A DNA stretch of 32,000 bases from Massilicoli timonensis. Its GTDB lineage: Bacteria; Bacillota_I; Bacilli_A; Erysipelotrichales; Erysipelotrichaceae. Positions within the stretch are counted from its first letter, which is position 1. Each line of letters opens with the position of its first letter. The notes beneath the pieces were generated by a model. The model searched no databases and had not been told where the DNA came from. It saw only the letters and a list, made by a program, of their open reading frames with translations. The DNA lies in the NCBI RefSeq assembly GCF_900199515.1, contig NZ_LT963434.1:333272-365271 (forward strand), in the 5' to 3' direction. Both the position numbers and the translations under genes were made by a program. Shown here in pieces: positions 1 through 9,011 of the stretch.

Positions 1-602
1 CTCGCATCGATCTGATGGTGTGCCAGGATGGCCCGTACCGCGTTTCCTTTCCCGCTCTTTGCGGGTATGATGTCGATCGCTCGATCCCACCAAGCAACGA
101 TTTCTGCTGATTCTACTCCTTGTAAGATCGCATCGAATTGTGCCGGTACAGCGCCCATCATGATCTGATAGATCGTTTCCTGCAAAGCTTCTTCAAAATC
201 ATCGCTTGGCGCAATCCTTTGTTTAGACAAAGCGAAATAATCAGACAGATCTTGATCCACTCCATTGGCGCTGATCCTTTTATCGCCGGCTAATGAAACC
301 GGACGATGGATCGCTTTCGCATTCTCAACGATGCGCAGCACATCCTCATGTGCAATGCTTCGTTGATAAATGACCTGATCCCCGCTGACACAATAAGAAC
401 CGTTAAAGCACAGACAGCCGTCAAATCGGATCCAGTCAAAGTGCGGTATGCTTTGAAATGGTCTGCCGGTCGCAAGATACAGCAGCACGCCTTGCTTTTG
501 CAGCTGCACCAGCGCCTGCTTGGTCTTTTCCGATATTTGCTTCGTCTCGATATCGACCAGCGTTCCGTCAATATCAAAAAAAGCGATCTGATAAGGGTGC
601 AT
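1..602 (-). CDS. HAD-superfamily (Cof-type, subfamily IIB) phosphatase; 3' end runs off the left edge of the window
   Basis: Not in the supplied ORF track because it has no in-window stop. The reverse frame ending at 602 is open from 602 down to 3; I checked every triplet and found no tta/cta/tca. ATG is at 600-602 (reverse), preceded by GGAGGA (608-613, reverse). Translation MHPYQIAFFDIDGTLVDIETKQ... carries HAD motif I DxDGT, motif II ATGRP and the KSGKG lysine motif. Confidence 0.8.
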   Translation of the reverse strand, partial: MHPYQIAFFDIDGTLVDIETKQISEKTKQALVQLQKQGVLLYLATGRPFQSIPHFDWIRFDGCLCFNGSYCVSGDQVIYQRSIAHEDVLRIVENAKAIHRPVSLAGDKRISANGVDQDLSDYFALSKQRIAPSDDFEEALQETIYQIMMGAVPAQFDAILQGVESAEIVAWWDRAIDIIPAKSGKGNAVRAILAHHQIDA

Positions 603-647
603 GTCTTTCCTCCTTGCTGATGACTTAATAATAAAAAGTCTTCCGAT

Positions 648-680
648 CAAAAGCAAAAGGATCGCCTTTCCCGCAATCCT
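648..680 (-). terminator. Rho-independent terminator downstream of nrnA
   Basis: On the reverse strand: AGGATTGC-gggaaag-GCGATCCT (8-bp stem with one G-U pair) followed by TTTTGCTTTTG. It lies 20 nt after the nrnA stop codon (701-703). Confidence 0.6.
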
Positions 681-700
681 CTTAAAATGAAATGTGATTC

Positions 701-1645
701 TTATGCCTCATTCATCAGGCGTATATATAAGGTTTCCAACAGTTCCATGATCGAATCCTTGGTCAATTGCGATACTCCGCAAGCCAACGCATGGCCGCCG
801 CCATGATAGCAGGATGCAATATCATTGATTTGCATACTGCGGGAGCGCAGCGATCCTTTATAATAATCGCTATTCGGCTCTTTGGTAAACAAGGTCCATA
901 CTGACAATTCCTCAATATGGGCAAACACATAGACAAATTCCTTCGCCTGTGCAAAGCTCAGACCCATTTTTTCATAATCTTCCTGTTCCATGATCGCATA
1001 GGCGATCTTATCTTTATAAACACGCATACAAGAACGAAGATAGGAAACATAGGCATAAGTATTAAGCTTCAAAGCAATGCATGCTTCACTGATCTTAGGC
1101 AGATCGATGCCGGCTTCGCATAAATAAGCGGCTGCCAGAAAACTGTCTTTTGTCGTTGTCGCGATGGAAAAGCGCGCGGTATCCATCAATAAGCCCTGAT
1201 ACAGGAAAGAAGCACAGGTTTGTGACAAAGCAATATCGGCACAGCGAAACAGATTGGCGATGATCTCACAGGTCGCCCCCGCCTTTTCATTGACCAGCTC
1301 CAATGTTCCATAATGCTCTACCTGCGGATGATGATCGATCTTGATGATCTGTTTGGCCTGTTGAAAGCGGGCGTCATCGACCCGTTCCGCATTGCCGCAA
1401 TCGACTACGATCGCCAAAGAAGAAGCAATCGCTTCATCATCCACTTGATCAAAATACGCTTCATACTGCACAAAAGTTCCAGGATCCCCCAGCGCATACA
1501 CCGCCTTGTCAGGATAGTGTTCTTTGATCCATGTCTTTAATCCCAGCTGTGCGCCGATCGCATCCCAATCCGGATGGACATGGCGGAAAATGGTGATCTG
1601 CGATGCCTGCTCGATCTCTTTGCAAAGTGTTTCAAAGTTTATCAT
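701..1645 (-). CDS. nrnA: DHH/DHHA1-family phosphoesterase (NrnA-like nanoRNase / pAp phosphatase)
   Basis: 314 aa with motifs FRHVHPDWDAIGA, IVVDCGN, KIDHH (DHH) and a C-terminal GGGHALACG (DHHA1). The start ATG overlaps the ackA stop (ATGA at 1642-1645). Confidence 0.75.
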   Translation of the reverse strand: MINFETLCKEIEQASQITIFRHVHPDWDAIGAQLGLKTWIKEHYPDKAVYALGDPGTFVQYEAYFDQVDDEAIASSLAIVVDCGNAERVDDARFQQAKQIIKIDHHPQVEHYGTLELVNEKAGATCEIIANLFRCADIALSQTCASFLYQGLLMDTARFSIATTTKDSFLAAAYLCEAGIDLPKISEACIALKLNTYAYVSYLRSCMRVYKDKIAYAIMEQEDYEKMGLSFAQAKEFVYVFAHIEELSVWTLFTKEPNSDYYKGSLRSRSMQINDIASCYHGGGHALACGVSQLTKDSIMELLETLYIRLMNEA

Positions 1646-2838
1646 GAAAAGTCCAATAAGCGATAAGCATCACGGGCGATCATCAGTTCCTCATTGGTTG
1701 GGATCAGCCACAGGGCAACACGGCTGTCCGGTGTGGAAAGCAGCGTTTCTTCTCCGCGCACCTGATTTTTATCCGCATCGATCTTTACCCCGAAGGCACC
1801 ATTTAATGCATTGGCAATGCCTAAGCGGATCTTACTGTCATTTTCTCCGATCCCCCCCGTAAAGACGATCGCATCGACACCGCCCATCTGCGCAATATAG
1901 CCGCCGACCGTATTGATGACGCGGTTGATATAAAGCTTTTGGGTCAAGATCGCCTGTTCATTGCCGGCATTCACACCGGCTTCGATATCGCGTGCATCAC
2001 TGGATAATTCCGATACGCCAAGCATGCCTGATTTCTTGTTCAGCACATTTTCCACTTCATCGGCATCCATTCCCGTCTTGCGCATCAGATACGTCACTAC
2101 GGCCGGATCGATATCACCGCTTCTTGTTCCCATCATGATACCTGCAAGCGGTGTAAAGCCCATTGAAGTATTGACCGAAACGCCGCCGTCTACCGCCGTA
2201 ATGCTCGCTCCGTTGCCTAAATGGCAGGTTACGATCTTTAATTCCTTCGGATCGCGGTTCATCAGTTCCGCACAGCGTCTTGATACATACATATGACTGG
2301 TGCCGTGGAAACCGTACTTACGGATCTTATAGTTGCGATAATATTCCATCGGAAGCGCGTACATGTAGGTAGATGGCTGCATCGTCTGATGGAATGCCGT
2401 ATCAAATACAAAGACATGTCCTGCCTTTGGCAAATTCTTACGGAAAGCGCGATAGCCGACCAAACCAGCCGGATTATGCAAAGGCGCCAGCTCCGATAAG
2501 CCTTCAAAGATCGAAACGACTTCTTCCGTTACGACCGTAGAAGACGCAAATGCTTCTCCGCCATGCACCGCACGATGTCCTACGCCCTTGATCTCATCAA
2601 GCGATGTGACAATTTTATGTTCTACCAAAGCTTCCAAAAGCAGCGATACGGCTTTTTCATGATCTAAGATCGGTAATGTCTTAGAAACCTTTTCTCCATT
2701 TACCTTGATCGTAAATACCGCATCTTCAAAACCGATTCGTTCAACTAAACCGCTTGTCAGCACTGTTTCTTCCGGCATTTCAAACAACTGAAATTTCAAA
2801 CTGGAACTGCCGGCGTTCACACTAATGATTTTCGTCAC
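1642..2838 (-). CDS. ackA: Acetate kinase
   Basis: 398 aa. N-terminal ISVNAGSSSLKFQLFEM, then HRAVHGG, FDTAFHQTMP-like FDTAFHQTMQP, and IVFTGGIGEN. The start codon is GTG (2836-2838), preceded by AGGAGG. Confidence 0.95.
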   Translation of the reverse strand: MTKIISVNAGSSSLKFQLFEMPEETVLTSGLVERIGFEDAVFTIKVNGEKVSKTLPILDHEKAVSLLLEALVEHKIVTSLDEIKGVGHRAVHGGEAFASSTVVTEEVVSIFEGLSELAPLHNPAGLVGYRAFRKNLPKAGHVFVFDTAFHQTMQPSTYMYALPMEYYRNYKIRKYGFHGTSHMYVSRRCAELMNRDPKELKIVTCHLGNGASITAVDGGVSVNTSMGFTPLAGIMMGTRSGDIDPAVVTYLMRKTGMDADEVENVLNKKSGMLGVSELSSDARDIEAGVNAGNEQAILTQKLYINRVINTVGGYIAQMGGVDAIVFTGGIGENDSKIRLGIANALNGAFGVKIDADKNQVRGEETLLSTPDSRVALWLIPTNEELMIARDAYRLLDFS

Positions 2839-2856
2839 GTTTTTTTCCTCCTGCGC

Positions 2857-3174
2857 TTATTCGCGCTCTAATGCTTCTAACTGCTCGATACAGGACAAAA
2901 GTCCTGCATCGGCGTCCTTTTTTATTTTATCATAAAGTTCCATCCGCTGTTTACTTTTTTCAACAAGATGCAACAATTCTTCATAATGATATAAGATCTG
3001 TTCACAGCGCTTGATCATATCGCTGACTGCCGCTTTGGATATTTGAAAATTTTCCGCAATCTCACTGAAAGAAAAATCTTCCTCAAAGCAGCAGCTCATC
3101 ACTTCTCTTTGTCTAGGGGTAAGCAATGCGCCATAGGCATCAAGCAGTTCATTCATCTGTTCCAACTGTTTCAT
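2857..3174 (-). CDS. ylxM: YlxM/UPF0122 small helix-turn-helix protein (SRP-associated)
   Basis: 105 aa. LLTPRQREVMSCCFEEDFSFSEIAENFQISKAAVSDMIKR is the typical sigma-70 region-4-like YlxM fold. The start overlaps the ftsY stop by 4 nt. Confidence 0.85.
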   Translation of the reverse strand: MKQLEQMNELLDAYGALLTPRQREVMSCCFEEDFSFSEIAENFQISKAAVSDMIKRCEQILYHYEELLHLVEKSKQRMELYDKIKKDADAGLLSCIEQLEALERE

Positions 3175-4139
3175 TCTTCAAAAAGTCCTTCGCACATGCC
3201 GTATAAGTATGCTTCCAGATCAAACGGCCGCAGATCATCCGCTGTTTCGCCCAGTCCGATGTAGCGTACCGGCAACCCCAGCAGATCGCGAATCGCAAAG
3301 ACGATGCCGCCTTTGGCAGTGCCGTCCATCTTCGTCAAGATGATGCCGCTGACATGACAGGCATCTAAGAATACCTGTGCCTGGGCAATGCCGTTTTGTC
3401 CGGTCGTCGCATCAATGACCAGCCATACCTCATGCGGTGCGCCGGGAATTTCGCGTGCGATCACCCGATGCATCTTCTCCAGTTCCTTCATCAGATTGGC
3501 TTTATTCTGCAAGCGTCCCGCCGTATCACCGATCAGATAATCCAAGTCATGCTCCTTGGCATAACGGCAGGCATCTACTAAAGTCGCACTTGGATCGCCG
3601 CCCTCTTTCCCTTTGATACAAGGAACCTGTAAGCGCTCTGCCCACATTGCGAGCTGATCGATCGCTCCGGCGCGAAACGTGTCCGCTGCCGCCAACACGA
3701 CCGATTTTCCTTCTTCTTGTAAACGCTTGGTCAATTTCGCCGTTGTCGTCGTCTTGCCGCTGCCGTTCACCCCGACCATCAAGATGACTGTCGGTCCTGC
3801 TTCATTGCGCTTGATCGCTTCATCGCCCTTTTCTTCATACATTTGTGCCATCTGCTCGATCAGACATTCACTGATTTCCCCAAATGATTTGAGATTGCGA
3901 TCCATCGCTTCATTTTCCACGCGGTCTACGATCTTCTGCGCTGTTTTGATGCCGATATCCGCTTCCAGCAGCACCACCATCAATTCCTCTAAAAACTCCT
4001 CATCAATGCCTTTGAAATTCAAAGCAAGCGAACGAATTCGCTGAGAAAAGCTCTTTTTAGAACGATTCAGACCGCTTAAATAAATATCTGCATCTTCTTT
4101 GGCGGAAAAGACCTGTTTCAGTTTTGAAAAAATACCCAT
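3171..4139 (-). CDS. ftsY: Signal recognition particle receptor FtsY
   Basis: 322 aa. SRP-GTPase NG domain with GVNGSGKTTTTAKL (G1), DTAGR (G3), TKMDGTAKGG (G4) and GLGE. AAAGGAG RBS lies 7 nt upstream. Confidence 0.95.
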   Translation of the reverse strand: MGIFSKLKQVFSAKEDADIYLSGLNRSKKSFSQRIRSLALNFKGIDEEFLEELMVVLLEADIGIKTAQKIVDRVENEAMDRNLKSFGEISECLIEQMAQMYEEKGDEAIKRNEAGPTVILMVGVNGSGKTTTTAKLTKRLQEEGKSVVLAAADTFRAGAIDQLAMWAERLQVPCIKGKEGGDPSATLVDACRYAKEHDLDYLIGDTAGRLQNKANLMKELEKMHRVIAREIPGAPHEVWLVIDATTGQNGIAQAQVFLDACHVSGIILTKMDGTAKGGIVFAIRDLLGLPVRYIGLGETADDLRPFDLEAYLYGMCEGLFEE

Positions 4140-4143
4140 GCGC

Positions 4144-7074
4144 CTACTCCTTTCCGTGATCCACTAATTCTATCGCATCTTTCAAATGCACCTTCAACAA
4201 CTGTGATACGCCGTTTTGCTGCATCGTAACACCGTATAAGGCATCACACTGCGCCATGGTGCCGGGACGATGCGTAACGACGATAAACTGGCTTTCTTCG
4301 CGGAATTGTGCGATATACTTCGCAAAACGCTCGACATTGGCCTGATCCAGCGCCGCTTCCACTTCATCAAAAATACAAAGCGGGATCGTACGCGCCTTCA
4401 AGATCGAAAACAGTACACAGATCGCGATCAATGACTTCTCTCCACCGGAGAACAAGCGAATATTCTGTACGCTTTTACCCGGCGGCTGTACGTCAATGTC
4501 GATGCCCGTATGCAAGATATCTTCCGGATCCACTAAGATCAGCCGTGCTCTGCCGCCGCCAAACAGCGCGGTAAACACATCGTTGAGCTCCTGATTGATC
4601 TTGTCGAACATCGTTTTGAACTGAACGATCATCGCTTCATCCATTTCATCGATCGCACTTAAGATCTTGCGTCTTGCCTCTTCCAGTTCTTCTTTTTGCG
4701 CCGTATAGAATGTATAGCGATTATTTACTTCTTCATACTCCTGCGGTGCATCTAAATTCACATTGCCCAGTGCGGCGATCTCACTGCGCAGTCTCATGAC
4801 CTCTTTACGCGCCGCTTCCATATCCAGATCCTGCTTTAATGTCGCCGCATGCTCATAAGTCATTTCATAAGTCGTGCTCAGCCGCATCAGCGCATTTTCC
4901 AAATTGGTCTCCAGCTTAGCGATCGACACTTCCACCTCGCGCTGTTCGTTTTGAAACCGGTTCAATTCACGCCGCTTTTCTCTGATGATCGCATCATTGC
5001 GTTCCGCTTCACTGCCCGCCTTCATCCGGCGTTCCCGCTTCTGCTTCATCTTCTGTTCGATCTCATCTTTCATAGAGTACGCATCGCTTAGACGAATCAC
5101 AAGATCATCCTGCATCAATGCTTCTTCAGCCGTGTCATCCTTAGGCGCCACCTGTTCATAATCGATCTGTAAACGCTCGTATTTCGCCCGTTTGGCATCG
5201 ACGATCGGCTGCAGCTTAGCCAAGGCGATCTGTGCCTGCACGATCTGCTCATCTAACTGCCGCTTATGAGAAACGAGTGCAGTCAACTGATTTTGCAGCT
5301 GATCCACCTTCATCTGCTGCCCCTGCAGCTGCTGTAAGATCTGGTTGTATTCCTTTTGCACCTGCATCGGCGAATGGTTATCCTTCTGTTTTCCGCCTGT
5401 CATGCTGCCGCCGCGATGAACGATATCTCCATCCAAAGTGATGATCTTATACCCGTATTTCAATCGTTTTGCCAATTCATTGGCATTCATTAGATTATCG
5501 CATACGATCACATTGCCCAATAACGCATCGCGCACCGGATCAAAGATCGGCTCATTTTCGACAAATTCCGCCGCACTTCCCAAAAAACCGACGCTGTTCT
5601 CACAGAGCATGCGATGATCCCTGCCGATATAACGCGGTTTTAATACATTCATCGGCAGAAAGGTCGCCCTTCCCGACTGATTTTTCTTCAAGAACGTGAT
5701 CGCATGACGCGCACTTGTTTCATCTTCGGTTACGATATGATAAAGCGCACCGCCAAGCGCCGAACCGATTGCCGATTCATAATTCATCATCGGCTTAAAG
5801 ATCTGCGACACGACGCCCATTACCCCATGCAGCGTTGTCTGCGCCTGCATAACGGCCTTTACCCCCATCTGATGGGTAAAGGGCTGCTTAATGATGTTTT
5901 CTAAAATATCCCGGCGATTGCTTAAGCGATGAAACAGCAAGGAGGCCTGCTGTGTTTCTTCCTCACACGCTGCGATCTCACTTTCTGCCTGTTCCTGTTT
6001 CTTGCGCATCAATTCCAGATCGGTACGCATATCCTGCATGCGTTTGCGGCGATCCTCATATTCATAGCGTGCCTCTTCCAGCATCCGTTTCAGCTCTTTG
6101 GCCTTTTCCTGATTGCCCGCTGATTCCAGCGCATATTTGCGTTTTTCATCCAGCTCGGTCTTTCTGGCCTCCAGCGTATTGATCTCATTGAGAATATTCA
6201 CAAACTGATTTTGCAAATGGTTCACTTCATGATCGATCTCACTCATTTCCCGACGCAGTTCTTCATTTTTTACATCATGTACGGAAATTGTCGTTTCATG
6301 AACCGCTTTCTGGCCATCCAGATCGAAGGCTTTCTGTTTCGCCACTTCCAGTTTCGCCTGTAAAGTTTCGATCTCATCACAGATCACGCTGATCTCGATC
6401 GCTTCCAGTTTTTCTTTCTTCTCCAAATAAACTGCTGCTTTCTGCGCCTGACGCTTTAATGGATTGACCTGGCGCTCCAGCTCCGCAATGATATCCTCCA
6501 AACGAAGCAGATTCTCCTGTGTGCGGTTTAATTTATTTAACGAATCGTTTTTACGTTTCTTGTATTTTGCCACACCGGCGGCTTCCTCAAACAGCGCCCT
6601 GCGATCCTCCGGCTTCGCATCAGCAAAAGCGGAAATATTGCCCTGCGTGATGATCGACAAAGAATCCTTGCCTAATCCGGTGTCCATGACCAGATTCAAG
6701 ATATCCTTCAAACGGCAAGGCGTCTTATTGATAAAATACTCGCCCTCCCCACTGGCTCTGTGAATACGGCGCGTGACTTCCACTTCCTCATAATCAATAT
6801 TCAACAAATGCCGCGAATTATCAAATACGAGCGTTACTTCCGCCATCTGTACCGGTTTTCTTTGCGTGCTGCCGTTAAAGATGACATCGCTCATACTGTT
6901 TCCACGCAAGCTCTTGACGCTTTGTTCTCCCAGTACCCAGCGAATCGCATCGTTGATGTTGCTCTTGCCGCAGCCATTGGGCCCGACGATTCCGATCACA
7001 TCGGAATCAAATGTCAGTATCGTTTTGTCCGCAAACGACTTAAAGCCCTGCAGCTCGATTCTTTTCAGAAACAT
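4144..7074 (-). CDS. smc: Chromosome segregation ATPase SMC (short-arm form, ~976 aa)
   Basis: Walker A GPNGCGKSN, hinge region GVMGVVSQIF...GRATFLPMN, signature FSGGEKSL and Walker B LCIFDEVEAALD. I start at MFLKRIELQGFKSF (ATG 7072-7074), which has AGGAGG at 7081-7086 (reverse). The listed start at 7095 has no RBS. Confidence 0.93.
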   Translation of the reverse strand: MFLKRIELQGFKSFADKTILTFDSDVIGIVGPNGCGKSNINDAIRWVLGEQSVKSLRGNSMSDVIFNGSTQRKPVQMAEVTLVFDNSRHLLNIDYEEVEVTRRIHRASGEGEYFINKTPCRLKDILNLVMDTGLGKDSLSIITQGNISAFADAKPEDRRALFEEAAGVAKYKKRKNDSLNKLNRTQENLLRLEDIIAELERQVNPLKRQAQKAAVYLEKKEKLEAIEISVICDEIETLQAKLEVAKQKAFDLDGQKAVHETTISVHDVKNEELRREMSEIDHEVNHLQNQFVNILNEINTLEARKTELDEKRKYALESAGNQEKAKELKRMLEEARYEYEDRRKRMQDMRTDLELMRKKQEQAESEIAACEEETQQASLLFHRLSNRRDILENIIKQPFTHQMGVKAVMQAQTTLHGVMGVVSQIFKPMMNYESAIGSALGGALYHIVTEDETSARHAITFLKKNQSGRATFLPMNVLKPRYIGRDHRMLCENSVGFLGSAAEFVENEPIFDPVRDALLGNVIVCDNLMNANELAKRLKYGYKIITLDGDIVHRGGSMTGGKQKDNHSPMQVQKEYNQILQQLQGQQMKVDQLQNQLTALVSHKRQLDEQIVQAQIALAKLQPIVDAKRAKYERLQIDYEQVAPKDDTAEEALMQDDLVIRLSDAYSMKDEIEQKMKQKRERRMKAGSEAERNDAIIREKRRELNRFQNEQREVEVSIAKLETNLENALMRLSTTYEMTYEHAATLKQDLDMEAARKEVMRLRSEIAALGNVNLDAPQEYEEVNNRYTFYTAQKEELEEARRKILSAIDEMDEAMIVQFKTMFDKINQELNDVFTALFGGGRARLILVDPEDILHTGIDIDVQPPGKSVQNIRLFSGGEKSLIAICVLFSILKARTIPLCIFDEVEAALDQANVERFAKYIAQFREESQFIVVTHRPGTMAQCDALYGVTMQQNGVSQLLKVHLKDAIELVDHGKE

Positions 7075-7114
7075 AGGTACCCTCCTAATTCTCATTTATA
7101 AAAACTCATAATAT

Positions 7115-7123
7115 AGTATAGCA
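7115..7123 (-). promoter_or_regulatory. Candidate extended -10 promoter for smc (TGcTATACT)
   Basis: The reverse strand reads TGCTATACT about 40 nt upstream of the smc ATG. No good -35 hexamer is present. Confidence 0.3.
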
Positions 7124-7137
7124 TATTTCCCTTTGTA

Positions 7138-7166
7138 TTTGGAATAAATTGTGCTATGATTATACT
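7138..7166 (+). promoter_or_regulatory. Candidate sigma-A promoter for the hemolysin-III family gene
   Basis: TTTGGA (7138-7143), 17-bp spacer, TATACT (7161-7166). It lies 29 nt upstream of the ATG at 7195. Confidence 0.4.
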
Positions 7167-7194
7167 AATTTCAAAAGGATTCTGGTGATGAAGC

Positions 7195-7845
7195 ATGCGA
7201 AAGAGCGGATTAAAAAATCTGAAGCGACTATCGTTTGGTGAAGAGGTCGGAAATGCGGTTACGCATTTGGTCATGGCAGTCTTGACCTTGATCGCCTTGC
7301 CGATCTGTGCGGTCTATGCTTATGAGATCGATGGGACTTTGCGCAGCATCGGCGTCTCGGTATTTTTGATTTCTCTGTTTCTGATGTTTTTGGGCAGCGC
7401 GCTCTACCACACGATGCCCTTTGACACCAGCCATAAATTTGTTACCCGCATCTGTGATCACATTTTTATCTATGTGGCGATCGCCGGCACTTACACACCG
7501 GTTGCCTTATGTCTGATCGGCGGTTGGCAAGGCTATTTGGTCTTGGTGATCCAATGGGCGATGACTTTAGCGGGAATCTTGTATAAATCGCTGCCGGTCA
7601 AAGACAATGCGATCTTCTCCGTTGCGATTTATCTGATCATGGGCTGGTCAGCGTTATTCTTCCTGCCTACTCTTTTAGAAAATGCGTCGTCGCTGTTCTT
7701 GTTCTTTATCGTTTTAGGCGGTGTTCTGTATTCGATCGGCGTTTATTTCTATGCCAAGAAAACACCTTATACCCACATGGTCTGGCATCTGTTTATCAAT
7801 TTCGCCAGCATCGCTCATTTTATCGCCATCATCTTCTTTCTATAA
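7195..7845 (+). CDS. Hemolysin III / PAQR-family integral membrane protein
   Basis: 216 aa with about 7 hydrophobic segments. Family motifs are EEVGNAVTHLV, SALYHT, DHIFIYVAIAGTYTP and HMVWHLF. This is the only plus-strand gene in the window. Confidence 0.88.
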   Translation: MRKSGLKNLKRLSFGEEVGNAVTHLVMAVLTLIALPICAVYAYEIDGTLRSIGVSVFLISLFLMFLGSALYHTMPFDTSHKFVTRICDHIFIYVAIAGTYTPVALCLIGGWQGYLVLVIQWAMTLAGILYKSLPVKDNAIFSVAIYLIMGWSALFFLPTLLENASSLFLFFIVLGGVLYSIGVYFYAKKTPYTHMVWHLFINFASIAHFIAIIFFL

Positions 7846-7859
7846 CAAAGCGTACAAGC

Positions 7860-7891
7860 AAGGATCGCCTTCGGCAGGCAGATCCTTTTTT
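7860..7891 (+). terminator. Rho-independent terminator of the hemolysin-III family gene
   Basis: AAGGATC-GCC-ttc-GGC-aggca-GATCCTT followed by TTTT(T). It begins 15 nt after the stop codon. Confidence 0.55.
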
Positions 7892-7928
7892 CATTTGCTT
7901 TGATCCAGTGCGGAGTCATTTCCGCACA

Positions 7929-7955
7929 TAAAAAAAGAATCAACCGATCCTTTTT
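7929..7955 (-). terminator. Rho-independent terminator of rseP (A-tract/T-tract flanked, potentially bidirectional)
   Basis: On the reverse strand: AAAAAGGATC-ggtt-GATTCTTTTTTT, immediately after the rseP stop (7956-7958). The core stem is short (5 bp with one G-U), extended by A:U pairs. Confidence 0.5.
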
Positions 7956-9011
7956 CTATACAAATACTTTTAGAATATCATTCCAAGTGGCAAATGCGAC
8001 AATGCCAAGCAAGACGAAAATGCTTGCCATCATGAGTCCCGTCTCAAACTTTTCACTCATTTTTCGTCCGGCGATCTTTTCACAAAGCGCTAAAACGATG
8101 CGCCCGCCGTCCAATACCGGCAGCGGCAATAAATTAAAGATCCCGATATTGAGGGAAAGTAAGCCAAGCAGCGCCAATAGCGACAATAACCCGCTTTGCG
8201 CGCTCTGTGCCGTTACCTGAAAAATACCGACCGGTCCGCTTAATGTTTCCAAGCCAACGCCTTTTACGATATTGGACAATGCGGTAAAGATCGCAGAGGT
8301 GGAATCCACCAGCTTTTCCCCACCATAATAAAACGCCTCAAATGCATTGATCTTTTGAATATTCTGCACCGCTCCAAGGCCCATATAATACATCTGCTTA
8401 TCCTTTAGATAAGTCGGGGTCATCGTCAAAGTGATCTCTTTGTCATTGCGCGCGACCAAAAAAGTCGTTTTGCCATGATGGTATTGCATCTGTTCCGTTA
8501 TTTCATCAAAAGTTTCCGGAACGAAAGTTTCACCGTTTGACAGCTTCATTTCTAAAATATGATCGCCTACTTCAAAACCGGCTTTATCCGCTGCAGAACC
8601 ATCCTCCACTTGCGCGATGATCGGATCCGCCGGTAAAGCGATCGCTCCCTGATACATCGTAATTCCGACAAATACTGCATAAGCCAAGATCACGTTCATG
8701 ATCGCACCGGCCGCCATTACGATGACCTGCTTCCATACCTGAATGCCCTTGATCGTACGTTCAGCCGGGATATTTTCCACATCTACGCCTTCTTCACCTG
8801 CCATCTGCACATAACCGCCGATCGGCAAAGCGCGGATCGAAAATGTCGTTTCTTTGCCTTTTCGCTGATAGATCGCCGGTCCCATACCGATGGAAAATTC
8901 CGTGCAGTAGACGCCGAATTTTTTAGCGGTGACAAAATGTCCGAATTCATGCACGATGACGATAATGCTCAAAACGATGATAAAAGAAAGTACTGCTATG
9001 ATCGCATTCAT
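7956..9011 (-). CDS. rseP: Site-2 (RIP) zinc metalloprotease RseP/RasP
   Basis: 351 aa. HEFGHF zinc motif at the N-terminus within TM1, a central PDZ-like segment and a C-terminal NLLPLPVLDGG motif. The start overlaps the dxr stop (4 nt). Confidence 0.9.
   Translation of the reverse strand: MNAIIAVLSFIIVLSIIVIVHEFGHFVTAKKFGVYCTEFSIGMGPAIYQRKGKETTFSIRALPIGGYVQMAGEEGVDVENIPAERTIKGIQVWKQVIVMAAGAIMNVILAYAVFVGITMYQGAIALPADPIIAQVEDGSAADKAGFEVGDHILEMKLSNGETFVPETFDEITEQMQYHHGKTTFLVARNDKEITLTMTPTYLKDKQMYYMGLGAVQNIQKINAFEAFYYGGEKLVDSTSAIFTALSNIVKGVGLETLSGPVGIFQVTAQSAQSGLLSLLALLGLLSLNIGIFNLLPLPVLDGGRIVLALCEKIAGRKMSEKFETGLMMASIFVLLGIVAFATWNDILKVFV

Noticed and set aside
290-620. The two ORFs listed at the left edge: 290..577 (-), 95 aa, and 306..620 (+), 104 aa.
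   Set aside because: Both have Cys/Arg-rich, low-complexity translations with no motifs. A third frame, not listed because it lacks an in-window stop, is open from 602 to the window edge. That frame has a GGAGGA RBS and encodes clear HAD motifs, and it explains the region.
2999-3017. A cre-like (CcpA) palindrome core, tgttcACAGCGCTTGAtca, upstream of ackA inside ylxM.
   Set aside because: Only the central GCGC-containing core matches the consensus TGWAANCGNTNWCA, and the outer TG/CA positions do not. It also lies about 160 nt inside a coding region. The evidence is insufficient.
7075-7095. N-terminal extensions implied by the longest-ORF coordinates: smc to 7095, cdsA to 11022, ffh to 29265, pdxK to 30227, and the small ORF to 31303.
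   Set aside because: In each case an internal ATG has a well-spaced SD sequence and matches the canonical N-terminus of the family (MFLKRIELQGF, MSSIKVRV, MPFESLTGRL, MKRVLVINS). The longer forms lack an RBS or overlap the upstream gene extensively.
7195-7845. The hemolysin-III gene, considered as a toxin or virulence cargo gene because it is the only gene on the opposite strand.
   Set aside because: It is a PAQR/YplQ-type seven-TM membrane protein that is widespread in non-pathogens. It has an ordinary promoter and terminator, and no mobile or accessory genes lie nearby.
7908-7927. Perfect 7-bp hairpin GTGCGGA-gtcatt-TCCGCAC between the convergent hemolysin-III gene and rseP, considered as a terminator.
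   Set aside because: The U-tract is on the wrong side in both orientations: an A-run follows it on the plus strand and a T-run precedes it on the minus strand. Better terminators flank it on either side at 7860-7891 and 7929-7955. It may add stability, but I cannot call it a terminator.
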